Source: Toensbergia leucococca
Taxonomy: Eukaryota
Length of the DNA: 33,590 bases
Direction: 5' to 3'
NCBI GenBank assembly: GCA_022813965.1
Contig: JALDZS010000233.1
Coordinates: 1-33,590, forward strand
Part shown: positions 1 through 11,503 of the stretch, piece by piece
How positions within the stretch are numbered: position 1 is the first letter of the stretch
How the letters are laid out: every line of letters begins with the position of its first letter
Position numbers and translations under genes: made by a program
Notes under the pieces: generated by a model
What the model was told of the DNA's origin: nothing
What the model saw: the letters and a program-made list of their open reading frames with translations, nothing else
Databases searched by the model: none

Positions 1-2303
1 TAACAACAGATATTCAAACAACATACTTCTCCAAGACGCACATTTCTGACGCTTTGTATATGTAGTGAATTACCATCTTCTATCATGTGTATGTACTTCT
101 ATTGTCAGCTTTCCAAAGCAACAGATCTGCGAGGGGTGTTACCTTTGAATTAGCATGACGCGCTCGACCTCTGCTTTGTATGTATTGGATCAAAGTCTCG
201 TAAAGGTCGAACCTAATGATATTACTGAGTGCCATGTGATGCCTGCTTAGGTTGCTCACCTTACTATCAAATTACAATTAGGGATATCTAGTCCTTCTTC
301 TGCTATAGCAGTTGCAAACTGCTTGGGACTTAGTATGTCCAACATAGTAAAACATAGGGACGAGATACACACAAGACAGTTCACTTCTCCTTTTCTGAAC
401 TTCATGAGTGTCAGGACTTGCTGTCGGAAAGAAATCTTAACATCGCCAGGGTCGCCCTGGCGTGTGCCGATTAGTAGTCCGAGATGGAGATTGGGCATCC
501 TCCACTGAGCAAAGAGCTCCGCTAAGATTCTTGCAGTATAGCGGCGCTTGACAAAAACAATGCACCTAGCACCGGTGGGTTTTTCGAAGACAAGTTCCAG
601 ATAGTTCTTTAGTAGCAAGACTTTAGGACTGAGCAGATTACCCTCAGCCAGAGGCGGTAGCAATGTCCAATTGCTGACCACGTCCCTAGCCTCGCGCAAG
701 CGCCGAAGCTCAGCATCGAGCATTTCGATGGGTCGATTGTCCTCATCGGCTAGAAATAATCGTTCCAATTTTCCCTCAACTTTACGTGCTTCCTCAATTG
801 CCAGGCCAAGAGTCCACACAACATCGGCACACCACTCACCTAACTCAGAGGTCGCTGCTCTAGAAAATTGGAAAAGCTTCGACAAGACCGCGATATCACC
901 AAAGCGAGCCTCCAGCTCCGCACAGAGGCGAGTTTGATAAGGATGACACAGTGGGGCGTATGCTGCGATACTTTCATCTGGTTTACTGATAGACATCCGT
1001 AGGAGAGAAAGATCTGAAGTTGTTGCAATTTGACAATGTAGCAATGTCTCCAACTGTCTTCGATGCTATTAGTGTATGGCTAGAGGACTCATTCGAGTCT
1101 GATGCTTACTTGGCTGCTTTAACGATGTCTTCTTTGGCATCGACTGGGGAAGCTGTCATACCGAAGATCTTTGGACGTTTTTCGAGTACATGTTGGGGAA
1201 TGTAAAAGTCTTTGACTATTCTGCGGCAGGTTAGAGTCTGCTGGAAAGTATCATAGGATAGTTGACTAGCCTTGCATAAGCATGGTTCTTCTTCGCATGG
1301 TGTGCTTCGTCAAAAATGAGGAGGTTGATCTGGTCAACAGAAATAAAGGAATGCATGAGGCATTGGTACAAGACTTCTGCAGTGCAGACAATGATCATAT
1401 TCTCGGAAAAGTGCTTTTCCCATGTCTTCCTATCCCATAAATCGCAACCCATATCTCCACAAAAACGTTCCATTTTCTGGTCCAAGTTGCACTCTAGAAC
1501 AGCGAATTGTTGGAATACCAGAGTCACGCAGTCAACCTGTTGACAAATCAACCCTTTGGGTAAGCAATGTCGCAAAGAAGAAAGACCCACAAGGAAGAAG
1601 GCAATGCGGTGCCTTTTCCCCATTGACCGATCTTCGAGCTCTTGGTCGAGTATATGCCGTAACAACAAAACTGCGATCAAGGTTTTCCCGGAGCCTGAAC
1701 ATCCATCAGTCTTTGGAGTCACCAAGATTGTAGGAAGCACGTACCCGTATCCAGTACAGCTATAATGTTTTGCTTCTTGGCCTTTTCATATAGTTCGAGC
1801 TGATACTCTCTCGGATCAGTAATGATGACAGTAGATTCTTGCTTGGACATCAGATTGCGGATTGATAGCGCTTCATCATCAGCCCTTGCTACAGCCGCCT
1901 TGACCTCTTCCTTCGTAACCTTTTCCGCACGCCGAGAAAGCCTAGATGACTATAAGTAGGGGGCATCTGATATGAGACAATTATAGAGGACAGACCACGA
2001 GGCAAATTTGGCATTCTCAACTCGCCGTCGCTCTGTAATTCTCGGCAACTTCGGTATTTCTGCGTCCTCAGCCTCTGTATCTGGCTCCGAGACCATGTCT
2101 CCAATTTCTTCCACACCTTGAAATGCAATATCGTCTTTGGATGGAATTTTGGATGTAAAAACTGGCTCATGGTGAAAATGGTTGGTGCCTCCCATGTTTG
2201 AGGCCAGTTCAGACAGGTATGGCTCTGCAGGTGTTGAAGCAAGATCAGATGAAAAGTCTGGGATCAACATGGCCCCCATAGTCTGATGCTGGGGGGCTGT
2301 CAT
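1..2303 (-). CDS. dcl1: Dicer-like protein 1 (N-terminal DExH helicase and Helicase_C portion; gene continues beyond the window start)
   Basis: Hand-spliced exons: 2303-1996, 1941-1745, 1694-1591, 1536-1271, 1220-1110, 1057-373, 318-260, 212-143, ~95-27. They give [34 protein letters not shown] (motif I), LLIFDEAHH (DEAH), [40 protein letters not shown] and [10 protein letters not shown], typical of fungal DCL1. Introns are 47-54 nt. The start ATG is uncertain (2303 or a downstream Met). Confidence 0.93.
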
Positions 2304-2860
2304 GTCGGCGTGAATGCTAGAGTAATGAACAGCCAGTTAATCTCGCCGCCATTCCTATTGGTCAGAGTACGTAGCCGTGAAATGTGTGAAGCAAACAATT
2401 GATTCCATAAAGCGTAATAAGAATGAATAAAGGAAAGCTCAAGTACGGTTGAAGTTGAGCACATAAGTCAGTATCATGACTGAAGAAACAATCTAGTATG
2501 AAGACACAATATCTTCTGCTGTTTGCAGGTAAGGGTGAGTTGAACAGTGTGGATAGGCCATGTCAACATGACAACTCAGGCATGATGGTGTTGATCATCG
2601 TGTGACAAAACCCTAAGATGAGAGAAGCAAGGCTATCAGTTCACATCGCTCAAGAAATATAGATGCGCTTTCCGATTCAAAGTCATGTACTCCGTAAAAG
2701 TTTGAAAGATTGGAGATTCAAAATCCTCGAATCCTCGAATTTATGCACCTTGCAACAGCACCATAAATCATTTTCAACCGCAACTTTCCAATTCTACAAA
2801 TTTTTACCTTCTTGCAATGGTAAAGACTTCCCAGCGCTCTCATAGTCGCCACTGAGACCA

Positions 2861-4041
2861 ATGGAATCCCAAACAAACATTCGCACTCTCTTCGCCTCTG
2901 CAAAGGTTCAGCGCAAGCGCTTAGACAGTGACCCCGAGCCTGGTAACGCAATCTACCAAGAAAACCTCCGAGCTGCCATCGCCACTTTTGAAGATTGCCG
3001 CAGATTAGCAGACCGCCTTTCGCTCTTCAGTCCGAACGAAACTGAAGATGACATCTCCTCGGCAGACCTCCGGTACACGCCGCGCCTCAGACAGCACTCA
3101 AGGCCCGGCTGACAGCGCTCAGATATCTTCTAATTGATTACTACCTGGCTGAGCTTACGATCAAAGATACTGTCTCAGAGCGCAAGAGTGTATTACGGCG
3201 AGCGCAGGAGGCATATGAGCGTTATCTTGGTCTTTTGGATAGATATGGCATGCTTTCTAAGAGCGACCGGAGGCTGCATGAAAGATACCTGGACAGACGG
3301 GACGAATTCTCCTTGATGTCAAGCAACGAGCCTTCAGCGCGAAGAGATACAAAGATAGCCCGCTTTAAGCAGGAGACAGAATTGAAGCGGAAGCTCGAGG
3401 TTAGTAGCAACCCTTCAAGTCATCGTGCGGCTGGCCCCTAATCACCCTCGCAGCACCTGTCCCAAATACCAATAACACTTCAACCCGACGACGCGGTTCT
3501 TCGCGAACTCTACCTCGCCGAGACCCAACTCCGTGCCCATAACACCTTCTACGCCCTCGACATCATCGCCCAAGAGCTCCAAATTCTTGCTCTCGCTCCC
3601 CCAACACCCCTTCCAGAACCTGAGACCCTAGCTGCGGACTACCGAGAACGTACCAACAGAGGCGCAGACAAAAGCACATATTCCGAACGCCTCGACCCAT
3701 CGGTATCCCAGCTCCTCAATGGTAGAAAAGCAGGTCCCATTCTAAGCAAGGATGGAAAACCCCTACAACCCTTCACCCTTCTCGACACTCGACAGAAGAT
3801 GCGAGAAGGTGTGTTCCGGCCCGATCACGCTTTACCGACCATGACTATAGACGAGTACTTGGCGGAGGAGAAGCGACGAGGAGGGATGGTAGATGGGGGC
3901 GGGGAGCAGTCTGGAGTGGCCCCGGAGTCGGATGAGGACAATGTGTATAAGGCGGATGTGGAGACTATGAAGGCTCGGGAGTGGGATGAGTTTGTGGAGG
4001 AGAATCCGAAAGGTAGCGGGAATACATTGAATCGTGGATGA
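2861..4041 (+). CDS. TAP42: TAP42/alpha4 (IGBP1) PP2A-associated TOR-pathway regulator
   Basis: Exons 2861-3072, 3123-3399, 3454-4041 with GT-AG introns. Motifs LSLFSPNETEDDISSADLRYLLIDYYL, GKPLQPFTLL, VFRPDHALPTMTIDEYL and C-terminal KAREWDEFVEENPKGSGNTLNRG. Confidence 0.95.
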
Positions 4042-4372
4042 AACAGCATAGGAAATATACCCAGCAACGAGTCAGCATTTTCCAATGTCATTAGTGGTGA
4101 TATACACAATATATTGCACGATCTTGAGAATCAAGACTAACTAAATACATCTGCAACAAAGCCCTAATAGCACCTCAATCTATTCCATGTACCTCACTAG
4201 TGTCTTTCATACACAAAATACCCCGCCAATCCTTCAATATCAATAAAATACCCTATGTACCACCTCATCCGCCTAAGCTCGCAAATGCCGAATCCTCGAA
4301 GCTGACATCCCTCTTTCCGCCGCCAAATCTCATTCCTCCAATGGATACAGACTGACACCCATCCGTCCCGCA

Positions 4373-5348
4373 ATGCCAGAGACCCTCCCCGTCGACCCCA
4401 CCCTCCCATCCCACCATCAACCCGCCAATGGCTCCGACTCACTCCGCGCCCTCTGCTCAACCCTCCACGCCCAAATCACCGCATTCCTACACGAAGACGT
4501 CCAGACGGAAACCCTCCGGCGCGTGCAAGCCCAGACCCGCACCTCCCTCTCCGTCATCCAAGAAGCCCTGACCCGCTACCCGTAACCCACCCCCCAGAGA
4601 GACGAAACGCACAAACCCGCACACTCCGAATTGACCACCACTTTCACAGCCTAACCTCCCTCTCCCTCTCCTACAACGGCGGCAAAGACTGCCTCGTTCT
4701 CCTCCTCCTCTACCTCTCCGCCCTCCACGCCCACCCCTCCCTCCCCCCCCTCCTCCCAGCAATCTACATCCAGCCCCCCCACCCCTTTCCCAGCGTCGAT
4801 GCTTTCGTCGCCCGCTCCGCAACAAAGTACCACCTCTCCCTTGCCCGCAACGCCAACCCCTCCATGAGTGCCGCCTTCGCAAGCTACCTGGACCAGAATT
4901 CAGGCATCGAGGCGATTTTTGTAGGGACGCGAAGGACGGATCCGCATGGAGGTGCGTTGGGGTTTTTTGATAGGACGGATGGCGGGTGGCCGGCGTTTAT
5001 GAGGTGTCATCCGGTTATTGATTGGCATTATGTTGAGATATGGTCGGTGAGTCTTTTGGACTTTGTCCTTTCCTCTGTTTTTTTTTCGTAGACCCCAGGG
5101 GAGGGGTGGAGCTCGTTGGGAAGGGGGGAGATTTTGGACTGACTTATGGGGGATTGGGGGGGAAATAGTTTTTGAGGCATTTGGGAGTGGAGTATTGCGA
5201 GCTTTATGACGAGGGGTATACGAGTTTGGGAGGCACGACGGATACGCATCCAAATCCCAAGTTGAGGATTCAGGGGGAGGAAGGGAGGTATAGACCTGCG
5301 TATGAGTTGGAGGATGATAGGGAAGAGAGGCTGGGGAGGGAGAGGTGA
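4373..5348 (+). CDS. FAD1: FAD synthetase (FMN adenylyltransferase, PAPS-reductase family)
   Basis: Exons 4373-4581, 4650-5046, 5169-5348. Motifs SLSYNGGKDCLVLL (PP-loop), AIFVGTRRTDPHG, TDGGWPAFMRCHPVIDWHY, YCELYDEGYTSLGG, HPNPKL and RPAYEL...ERLGR. I checked the frame through the poly-C tracts and it is intact. Confidence 0.95.
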
Positions 5349-5614
5349 GGAGAGGTGAAGAGCAAAGAGAAGGAAGGAGATGGGTTCAGTATATTTTGAT
5401 TTACGGCTGGGTGGATAGATTGTTGGGGGTTTGGCATTACCGGCTTTAGAACCGGTCACATCTTCGACATTCAAAGAGAGGACGTATTAGCATAGACCAC
5501 TAGACAAGTTCGAGCCTGGTAGTGGGTATCATATGCCAGTATCTATCTAATGATTTGCCATTCTCGTAAACGGTGCCTGTTCTAGATATCGTCATCACAT
5601 CAAGGGCGAATATC

Positions 5615-7993
5615 TCACTCGAGTAATCCCGAAGCCATAGCTTCAAGGTCCTCCAGCGTCTCTGGCTCCCGATCAAGATATCCATCCCTAGCCCTACGCC
5701 CGGTTTTCCGCACTTCATCCCCATCGTCCTCAAACCACTTTCTCGGCCTCTTCACAACCGGTTCCGGACTCTCCACCCCAGTAAGCTCATCCTCGCCTTC
5801 TCCCTCACTTTCCAGCTCTCGCCCACGTGCCAACACCACACTCTTTTCCTCCCCACTTCCCTCATCCCCAGCCGCCTCCCTCGCCTTCCTCTTCTCCTTC
5901 CGCTCCTTCCTCTTCCCCTTGGCCGTCAGCTTATCAGCCGCATCCGCAGCCCTCACTCTCTCCTGCTCCACCTCCAGAAACTTCGCTCTCTGCGCATCCG
6001 CCGGGCCGCGCTGCTTGAACTGGTCTTCGCCTTCGAGCTCGTAGACGGGGTGCGAGTTGCCTTCGTCGTCGAAGACGAGTTTTGTGCCTTTGCCTTTGTG
6101 TTTGAGGAGGGCTTTTTTGGACTTGAGGAGTTTTTCGCGGCGTTTGGAGTCAATTATTAGGGGGGTATTGCCGATACCTGTGATGGCTTTGGATGTTGTG
6201 GAGGGATTGAATTTGGCCTTTGCTTCGACGTCGCTGTTGGTGTCTGAGGCGTCGCTTAGGCGGCGCTTTACGATTAGGAAGTCGTTGTCTTGGTCGGCGT
6301 CATCGCTGTCGTTGGCCTTGGGATTATCTTTGTCGTCGATGAGCTTAGAATAGTGGTCAGTAAGGACGCCTTGGTTTCTTCGCTCAAACATTCGATCATA
6401 TTTCGTCCTGACAGTCGCCTTCTTTTCTTTCTCATTTGGCGCTTCATCTTCGCTTTCGGACGACGACTGGCCACGCCTTGGAGCATTTTTCAGCTCTTTC
6501 GCACTATTACCCTTTTGAAACTTGATTCTTGGAGCTCCAGGAAGTCCCAAGCTAGCTGCATATTCTTCCAATGGAAGCTCCGCCAATTTGAAGACGTTCT
6601 TGTCTTTTTGAATATGGACTGATCTGACATAAGATACGAAAGCTTTCTGTCCTAAGTACTTCAATTCAGGGTCCTTGAAGCACATGTTCTGCAATTGGTT
6701 CTTGATGCTTTGCTGCTTCTTCTGCCGTACGTTGATTTTTTCGACAGTCACTTTTTTGTGCTCGAGACGTTTCAGCATACCTTCCTCTTCGCTGGGTTCA
6801 AGGAAAAGCACCCCTCGGCCATTGCGCTCGTAACGTGCTGTCCTGCCAACGCGGTGAATATAAGTTTCTGCATCTTCTGGACAATCTAGCTGAATGACCC
6901 AATCGACAGCTGGGAAATCCAACCCACGTGCAACCACATCCGTAGCAAAAAGGCACGAGTTTCTAGTAGCGGAGAACTTGGTGGTGATGTCCAGCCTAGC
7001 CGTCTGTTTCTGCCTCCCATGCAAATGTAAAAGAGGTATACCAGGTTGTAGATGCCGGAAACTCTCATAGACAAAACGGACTTGCTTTCCCGAAGACAGA
7101 AACACCAATATCTTGGATTTCAGATTCGCTCTCAGAAAACTCCAGAGAGTATCTAACTTCTCAGGTAGCGGCGTCACTATATAATGTTGCTGCAAAGAAG
7201 CCGGTGTAGCACTGTTAGCCCCTTCATGAACCGATACATACTCTGGTTCCCTAAGACTCAACCTTGCCAAATCAGAGACCTTCTTCGTCTGCGTAGCACT
7301 AAATAGTAAGGTCTGTCTCTCCTTCGGCAAGTGTTCTACAATAGCATCCACCGTGCCCTGGAAACCCATATCCATAATCCTATCAGCCTCATCCAGCACC
7401 AGCATCTGCAAATTATCAATTTCAAATACCGCAGTCTGATCCATATGCTGCAACAATCTCCCAGGCGTACAAACAAGTATATTCATCCGGCCCAGCCTAT
7501 CCTGCTCTTCCTGCAGGCTCTTCCCCCCAATAACCAAGCCCGCCGAAAAAGCATGGAACCGGCCAATCTTCCTCAAAACCTCAAAGATCTGAATGGCCAA
7601 TTCTCGAGTCGGTGATATAATGAGTGCTCCCAGTCCATCCATATCGGTCCATCTCTTGCGGTACAAATTGTCCAAGACAGGGACTAAAAAAGCAAGAGTT
7701 TTCCCACTTCCCGTTTTCGCGGCGCCCAAAATATCCGACCCTTTGAGCGCAAGGGGTATCGCTTTCTGCTGGATGTCGGTAAGGGTCTTGAAATGGGACG
7801 CCTCAAGCCCAGACGCTGTTGGCCGAGACAGAGGCAGTTCTGCAAAGGTTTTGACCTGGTTTTCCTTAAGATCGAGGTCCTTGACTCTCTGGTTGAGAGA
7901 AGCCAAGTCCTCGTCGTCACGCTTTCTCTTAAGCGGCCTTGCCTGCGATTTGGCTTTCAAAGGCTTCTTGCGAGCAGCATGGAAGGGCGCCAT
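5615..7993 (-). CDS. DBP4: ATP-dependent DEAD-box RNA helicase DBP4/DDX10 (18S rRNA biogenesis), intronless
   Basis: [86 protein letters not shown] and terminal [14 protein letters not shown]. Likely start is [10 protein letters not shown] at 7993; the frame stays open upstream to 8155. Confidence 0.96.
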   Translation of the reverse strand: MAPFHAARKKPLKAKSQARPLKRKRDDEDLASLNQRVKDLDLKENQVKTFAELPLSRPTASGLEASHFKTLTDIQQKAIPLALKGSDILGAAKTGSGKTLAFLVPVLDNLYRKRWTDMDGLGALIISPTRELAIQIFEVLRKIGRFHAFSAGLVIGGKSLQEEQDRLGRMNILVCTPGRLLQHMDQTAVFEIDNLQMLVLDEADRIMDMGFQGTVDAIVEHLPKERQTLLFSATQTKKVSDLARLSLREPEYVSVHEGANSATPASLQQHYIVTPLPEKLDTLWSFLRANLKSKILVFLSSGKQVRFVYESFRHLQPGIPLLHLHGRQKQTARLDITTKFSATRNSCLFATDVVARGLDFPAVDWVIQLDCPEDAETYIHRVGRTARYERNGRGVLFLEPSEEEGMLKRLEHKKVTVEKINVRQKKQQSIKNQLQNMCFKDPELKYLGQKAFVSYVRSVHIQKDKNVFKLAELPLEEYAASLGLPGAPRIKFQKGNSAKELKNAPRRGQSSSESEDEAPNEKEKKATVRTKYDRMFERRNQGVLTDHYSKLIDDKDNPKANDSDDADQDNDFLIVKRRLSDASDTNSDVEAKAKFNPSTTSKAITGIGNTPLIIDSKRREKLLKSKKALLKHKGKGTKLVFDDEGNSHPVYELEGEDQFKQRGPADAQRAKFLEVEQERVRAADAADKLTAKGKRKERKEKRKAREAAGDEGSGEEKSVVLARGRELESEGEGEDELTGVESPEPVVKRPRKWFEDDGDEVRKTGRRARDGYLDREPETLEDLEAMASGLLE

Positions 7994-8157
7994 AATTGCA
8001 ACCTGGAATTCTTCAGTGTGGGGATTCATAGGTAGCTCATGGTATTCTACCGCTAGCCAAAAATACAATACACGACTCCATGACCGTTTGAACATCGACA
8101 TTGGTGACATAAAGTCCGCCTCTGCTTCAACAAGGTCATCGATAGATTTTCTCAATC

Positions 8158-8976
8158 ATGAGCGGCAAACCACCACCCACCGCAGAGAAAGACGAGCTCG
8201 ACGCTCTTGACGCCTTAGAAAAAGAGGCTTCCGAATTCAACAAAGTCCGTCCACCCCACATTCATCAATCCAAACCCCCCAAGCTAATTTCAAGCTCCAG
8301 GACGCCGAAATCGACCGAATCCTCAAAGCCTTCAAATTAGATGCGTCAGTCCACCTTGGCCCCATCAAAACTCCCTCTCTCTCAATCCCCAAATCCCTGA
8401 CCCAAGGGAAAAAACAGCTACGCAGTCCTAGACCTCCAACCCGGCGTCCCCGACTCCGACATAAAAGCCCAATACCGCAAAAAATCTCTCCTAATTCACC
8501 CGGACAAAACCACCAACCCCTCCGCCCCCTCCGCCTTTGACCGCCTCAAAAAAGCCCAAACAGAACTCACCGACGAAAAGCACCGGGCGCGTCTGGACGA
8601 ATGCATCGCGGACGCACGCATGCTGCTCATGCGCGAGCGGAAACTGACCACGGAATCGGAGGAGGTGCGGGAAATGGGCACCGAGTTTCGGGAGGCGTGG
8701 CGGAAGAAGACGGTCGAGGTGCTGGTGGATAGCGAACATCGGCGGCGGAAGCAGTTGAAAGCGCAGATGCAGGAGGAAGGGAGGGAGCAGAGGCGGGTGG
8801 ATGAGGAGGTGGAGGCGAGGAAGAGGAAGAGGGAGCATGAGGTTGCGTGGGAGGAGAGTCGGGAGGGGAGGATTGGGAGTTGGAGGGATTTTCAGGGGGG
8901 GAAGGCACCAGTCTTGCCGCCGGCGGGAAAGGAGGCGGGGAAGAAGAAGAAGAAGAAGTTGAAGGTTTTGGGGTGA
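8158..8976 (+). CDS. spf31: J-domain protein of the Spf31/DNAJC8 family
   Basis: Exons 8158-8244, 8301-8344, 8418-8976 give DAEIDRILKAFKLDAYAVLDLQPG...YRKKSLLIHPDK (J-domain HPD), a coiled-coil tail, WEESREGRIGSWRDF and KKKKKKLKVLG. Confidence 0.92.
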
Positions 8977-9626
8977 GGGTTTGCTAACTAGGCAAGAGGG
9001 GATCGTCAAGGTGTTTTGTTTGGGAGCGAGGAGTTACGGGCATTTAAGGGCCTCGGATGCCGTCTTTTCCTAAGACTATTTTTGACGGGCTTTACGGTTT
9101 TTCTTAGGCATTCTGGGCGATGGTATCCTGGACGGTAGACATGAGTCATGTCATGTCGTAAACGACGCCATAGAACGCAATGCAAGCACACGATTGCAGA
9201 ACAACGATCCCAGGAACACATGAAAGCAGACGGACGTACTTTATAATCACCCCCAGCATGTACACAACATACACGCCGCAGAACAAGAAACCCCCACAAC
9301 CTTCAAGCTCCGGTTTTTTTCATTCCGCATCGTCTCCCAATTCCCTGCTTTCCCCGGAAAGCAAAAACCCGAAGCCGTATCCCAAGTCTATATGCCAAAC
9401 CCCATTTCCCAATGCAATCTAAACCCGTTTCCTCATCCCATACAAAAAAAAGGCAAGATCCCATGCTGACGTCTAAGGTATATATCAGTTGATCTCCCAC
9501 GGCACATGACTCCTAGATAAAGGAAAAACAAAGACCTGGCCAAAACGACCAATGCTGCCAATAGTGATGCCAAAAGAAAATCCCACAAACACCAAAACAA
9601 CAGAGAACGAAACCAAAAACCCCAGT

Positions 9627-11503
9627 TCATTGTAGAATCTCCTCAATATCAACGCGCCTCCTCTTTTTCCTCTTCTCCCTCTCCCGACTTCCTTTGCTGG
9701 GGCTCACTTTCTCAGACGACGTCTCCGTGCGCACTCTCCTCGTCGATTCCTGGATATCAGTCGTTCGAATCGGAGGAAGCTGCAAGTGTCGGAGGTTTTC
9801 GCGTGGCATGTCTTGGCGATGCACTTGAGGACTCGACGTGACCACCGGGCCCGGCGGAATTGTTCTGGCCTCGTAGGATAGAGGTCGTTGCGGAGGCAGG
9901 TGCTGTCGATACTGCGCAAGGCCAGCAGCGTGCGAGGCTTGTACTAGGGGTGATCGTTTTTCGGCGGCCGGAGGCGAGACTGGCGATGAGTGATTCGAGT
10001 ATGAGTGACCTGTTGACGATCCACTTTTTATACGCAGTGGCTGGTGAAGAGAATGATGATCCACAGATGGCGACATTCCTCCATGTATTGAGGCTGGCGA
10101 AGGCAGCGGCTGGCTCCATAAGCCTTGAGCTGAACGTTGCGACGGAAGCGTCCCCAGCGGATATGCGGTTAAGACTAGTGTCAAAATCACAAAGTAAGAG
10201 TTTGTTTTCGCTAGGCTTATCGAAATTGGGAATCCTCTGGACAGCTCATTTGGCAAACGAAAGGTCCAATATTCTGATCTAGTCTGGAAACCAGTGGATG
10301 AGCGCTCCAGATCAAGCTCTTCAATGTTAGGAAGCCCATCTAGATGACCAGTACTACGCATTGGAGGCAAACGAGCGGTATCCCGTAATTCTGCTCGCAA
10401 GCTATTTTGGAGACGTTTGATCTTTTCTTTCTCGGAAGGAATGACAAGGTCAATCAGCGCCCGTTTCTTCGCATGAGATGGTAAGGATAGTGCATGGCTG
10501 AAAGCTTCGTTGTGTTCGGCTAAGATGAGCTCGGTATTAAGTAATGCAGTGGGAATGCTGACGCGCATAGAGGATCGAGGAGGTGAGACTGGAAAATGAC
10601 TCGGCGCCTGTACATGCTGCAAGGCAGGAAATGGATCAGAAGTCCTAGAATAACCACTTCGTACCGTCTGTTGATCGTTATAAAAACCTCCCGGCTGAGA
10701 TCGGATCTCTCTATAAGATCCCGATCGACGGTAACCTCGTTGAGGGGTTCCTGCAGGCGGAAGGACACCTGGTTGACTCGGATAACTTCGAGGACGAGAG
10801 TATTCGCTCCCGAGATTCGATCCTCGATTCTCCTCTTCTTCGCGAAGACGCGGTCGACCACGTTTTCTGTGCTGAACATCTATACAACTTGACTTTCGTA
10901 GCGTAAGCAGGAAGCCTATACAAGCGAGGAGAGATCCTAGCTTACCTCTTTTCCTGTTTGAACACATCGTCTGCACGGGCGTCTAGTTTCGCAGGCCAGG
11001 TGCTTCCGCTTGCAATTGACACACGCTGATGGAACATGGGCCTTTGCTCTTCTCGCTACGCCGGGAGAACCCACCGTTGGATAGAGCCCGTCTGGTGGAT
11101 CTTGGCCGGTCGTAGACAGATCATCAACAAATCCCTCTTCCAGTATATCAATACTTAAAGGTAGTGAAGTTTTGATATCCGTGCTTTCGGCAGACTTCCC
11201 TAACTTCTGCATCGACCCAAGGAGGTTCTGGGGTCGAGGTCTAGAACTCAAAACGCTTCGTGCATCCGCTGGCAATGGACTGCCTGACACTGAGTGGATT
11301 GAAGAGTGGGAACCCGATTGTTGGCGATGGCTATTTGCTCGATAGGGAAGTGTCTCCACCGTCTTGCTATGTACCGGAGTTGGCGACATTGGCGCGGACA
11401 AGTATGGATCCCTTGATCGAGGGCGTCGGAAGTTGGGATGAGGTAGCGGACGGATCGACAGCGCCTGACAATCCCGAACAGACCCTGAAGGGAGAAATAG
11501 CAT
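9627..11503 (-). CDS. Zn(II)2Cys6 binuclear-cluster transcription factor with a possible PAS-like segment
   Basis: Exons ~11503-10946 and 10892-9627 (intron 10945-10893, GT..AAG). The joined sequence reads CVNCKRKHLACETRRPCRRCVQTGKESSC, followed by HRKRGRPRL; the C-terminus has LQLPPIR and a basic NLS. Start uncertain (11503, 11389, or an upstream exon). Confidence 0.88.

Noticed and set aside
2609..2616. Telobox-like AACCCTAA in the dcl1/TAP42 promoter, and scattered TTAGGG elsewhere
   Set aside because: Single short matches are expected by chance. There is no array and no TAACCCTAA telomerase-RNA template in the large gaps.
4700..4800. Suspected frameshift in the FAD1 poly-C tracts
   Set aside because: Codon-by-codon reading from SYNGGKDC through AIYIQPPHPF to MSAAF stays in one frame.
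4487..4882. RGG-rich minus-strand ORF (131 aa)
   Set aside because: Antisense shadow of the C-rich FAD1 exons; no independent support.
5067..5091. Polypyrimidine tract plus TAG as an alternative FAD1 acceptor
   Set aside because: No branch site upstream and use would give a premature stop. 5'-proximal pyrimidine tracts are normal in fungal introns.
7593..8210. 205-aa + strand ORF and other antisense ORFs over DBP4
   Set aside because: Antisense shadows of a conserved gene with no recognisable motifs.
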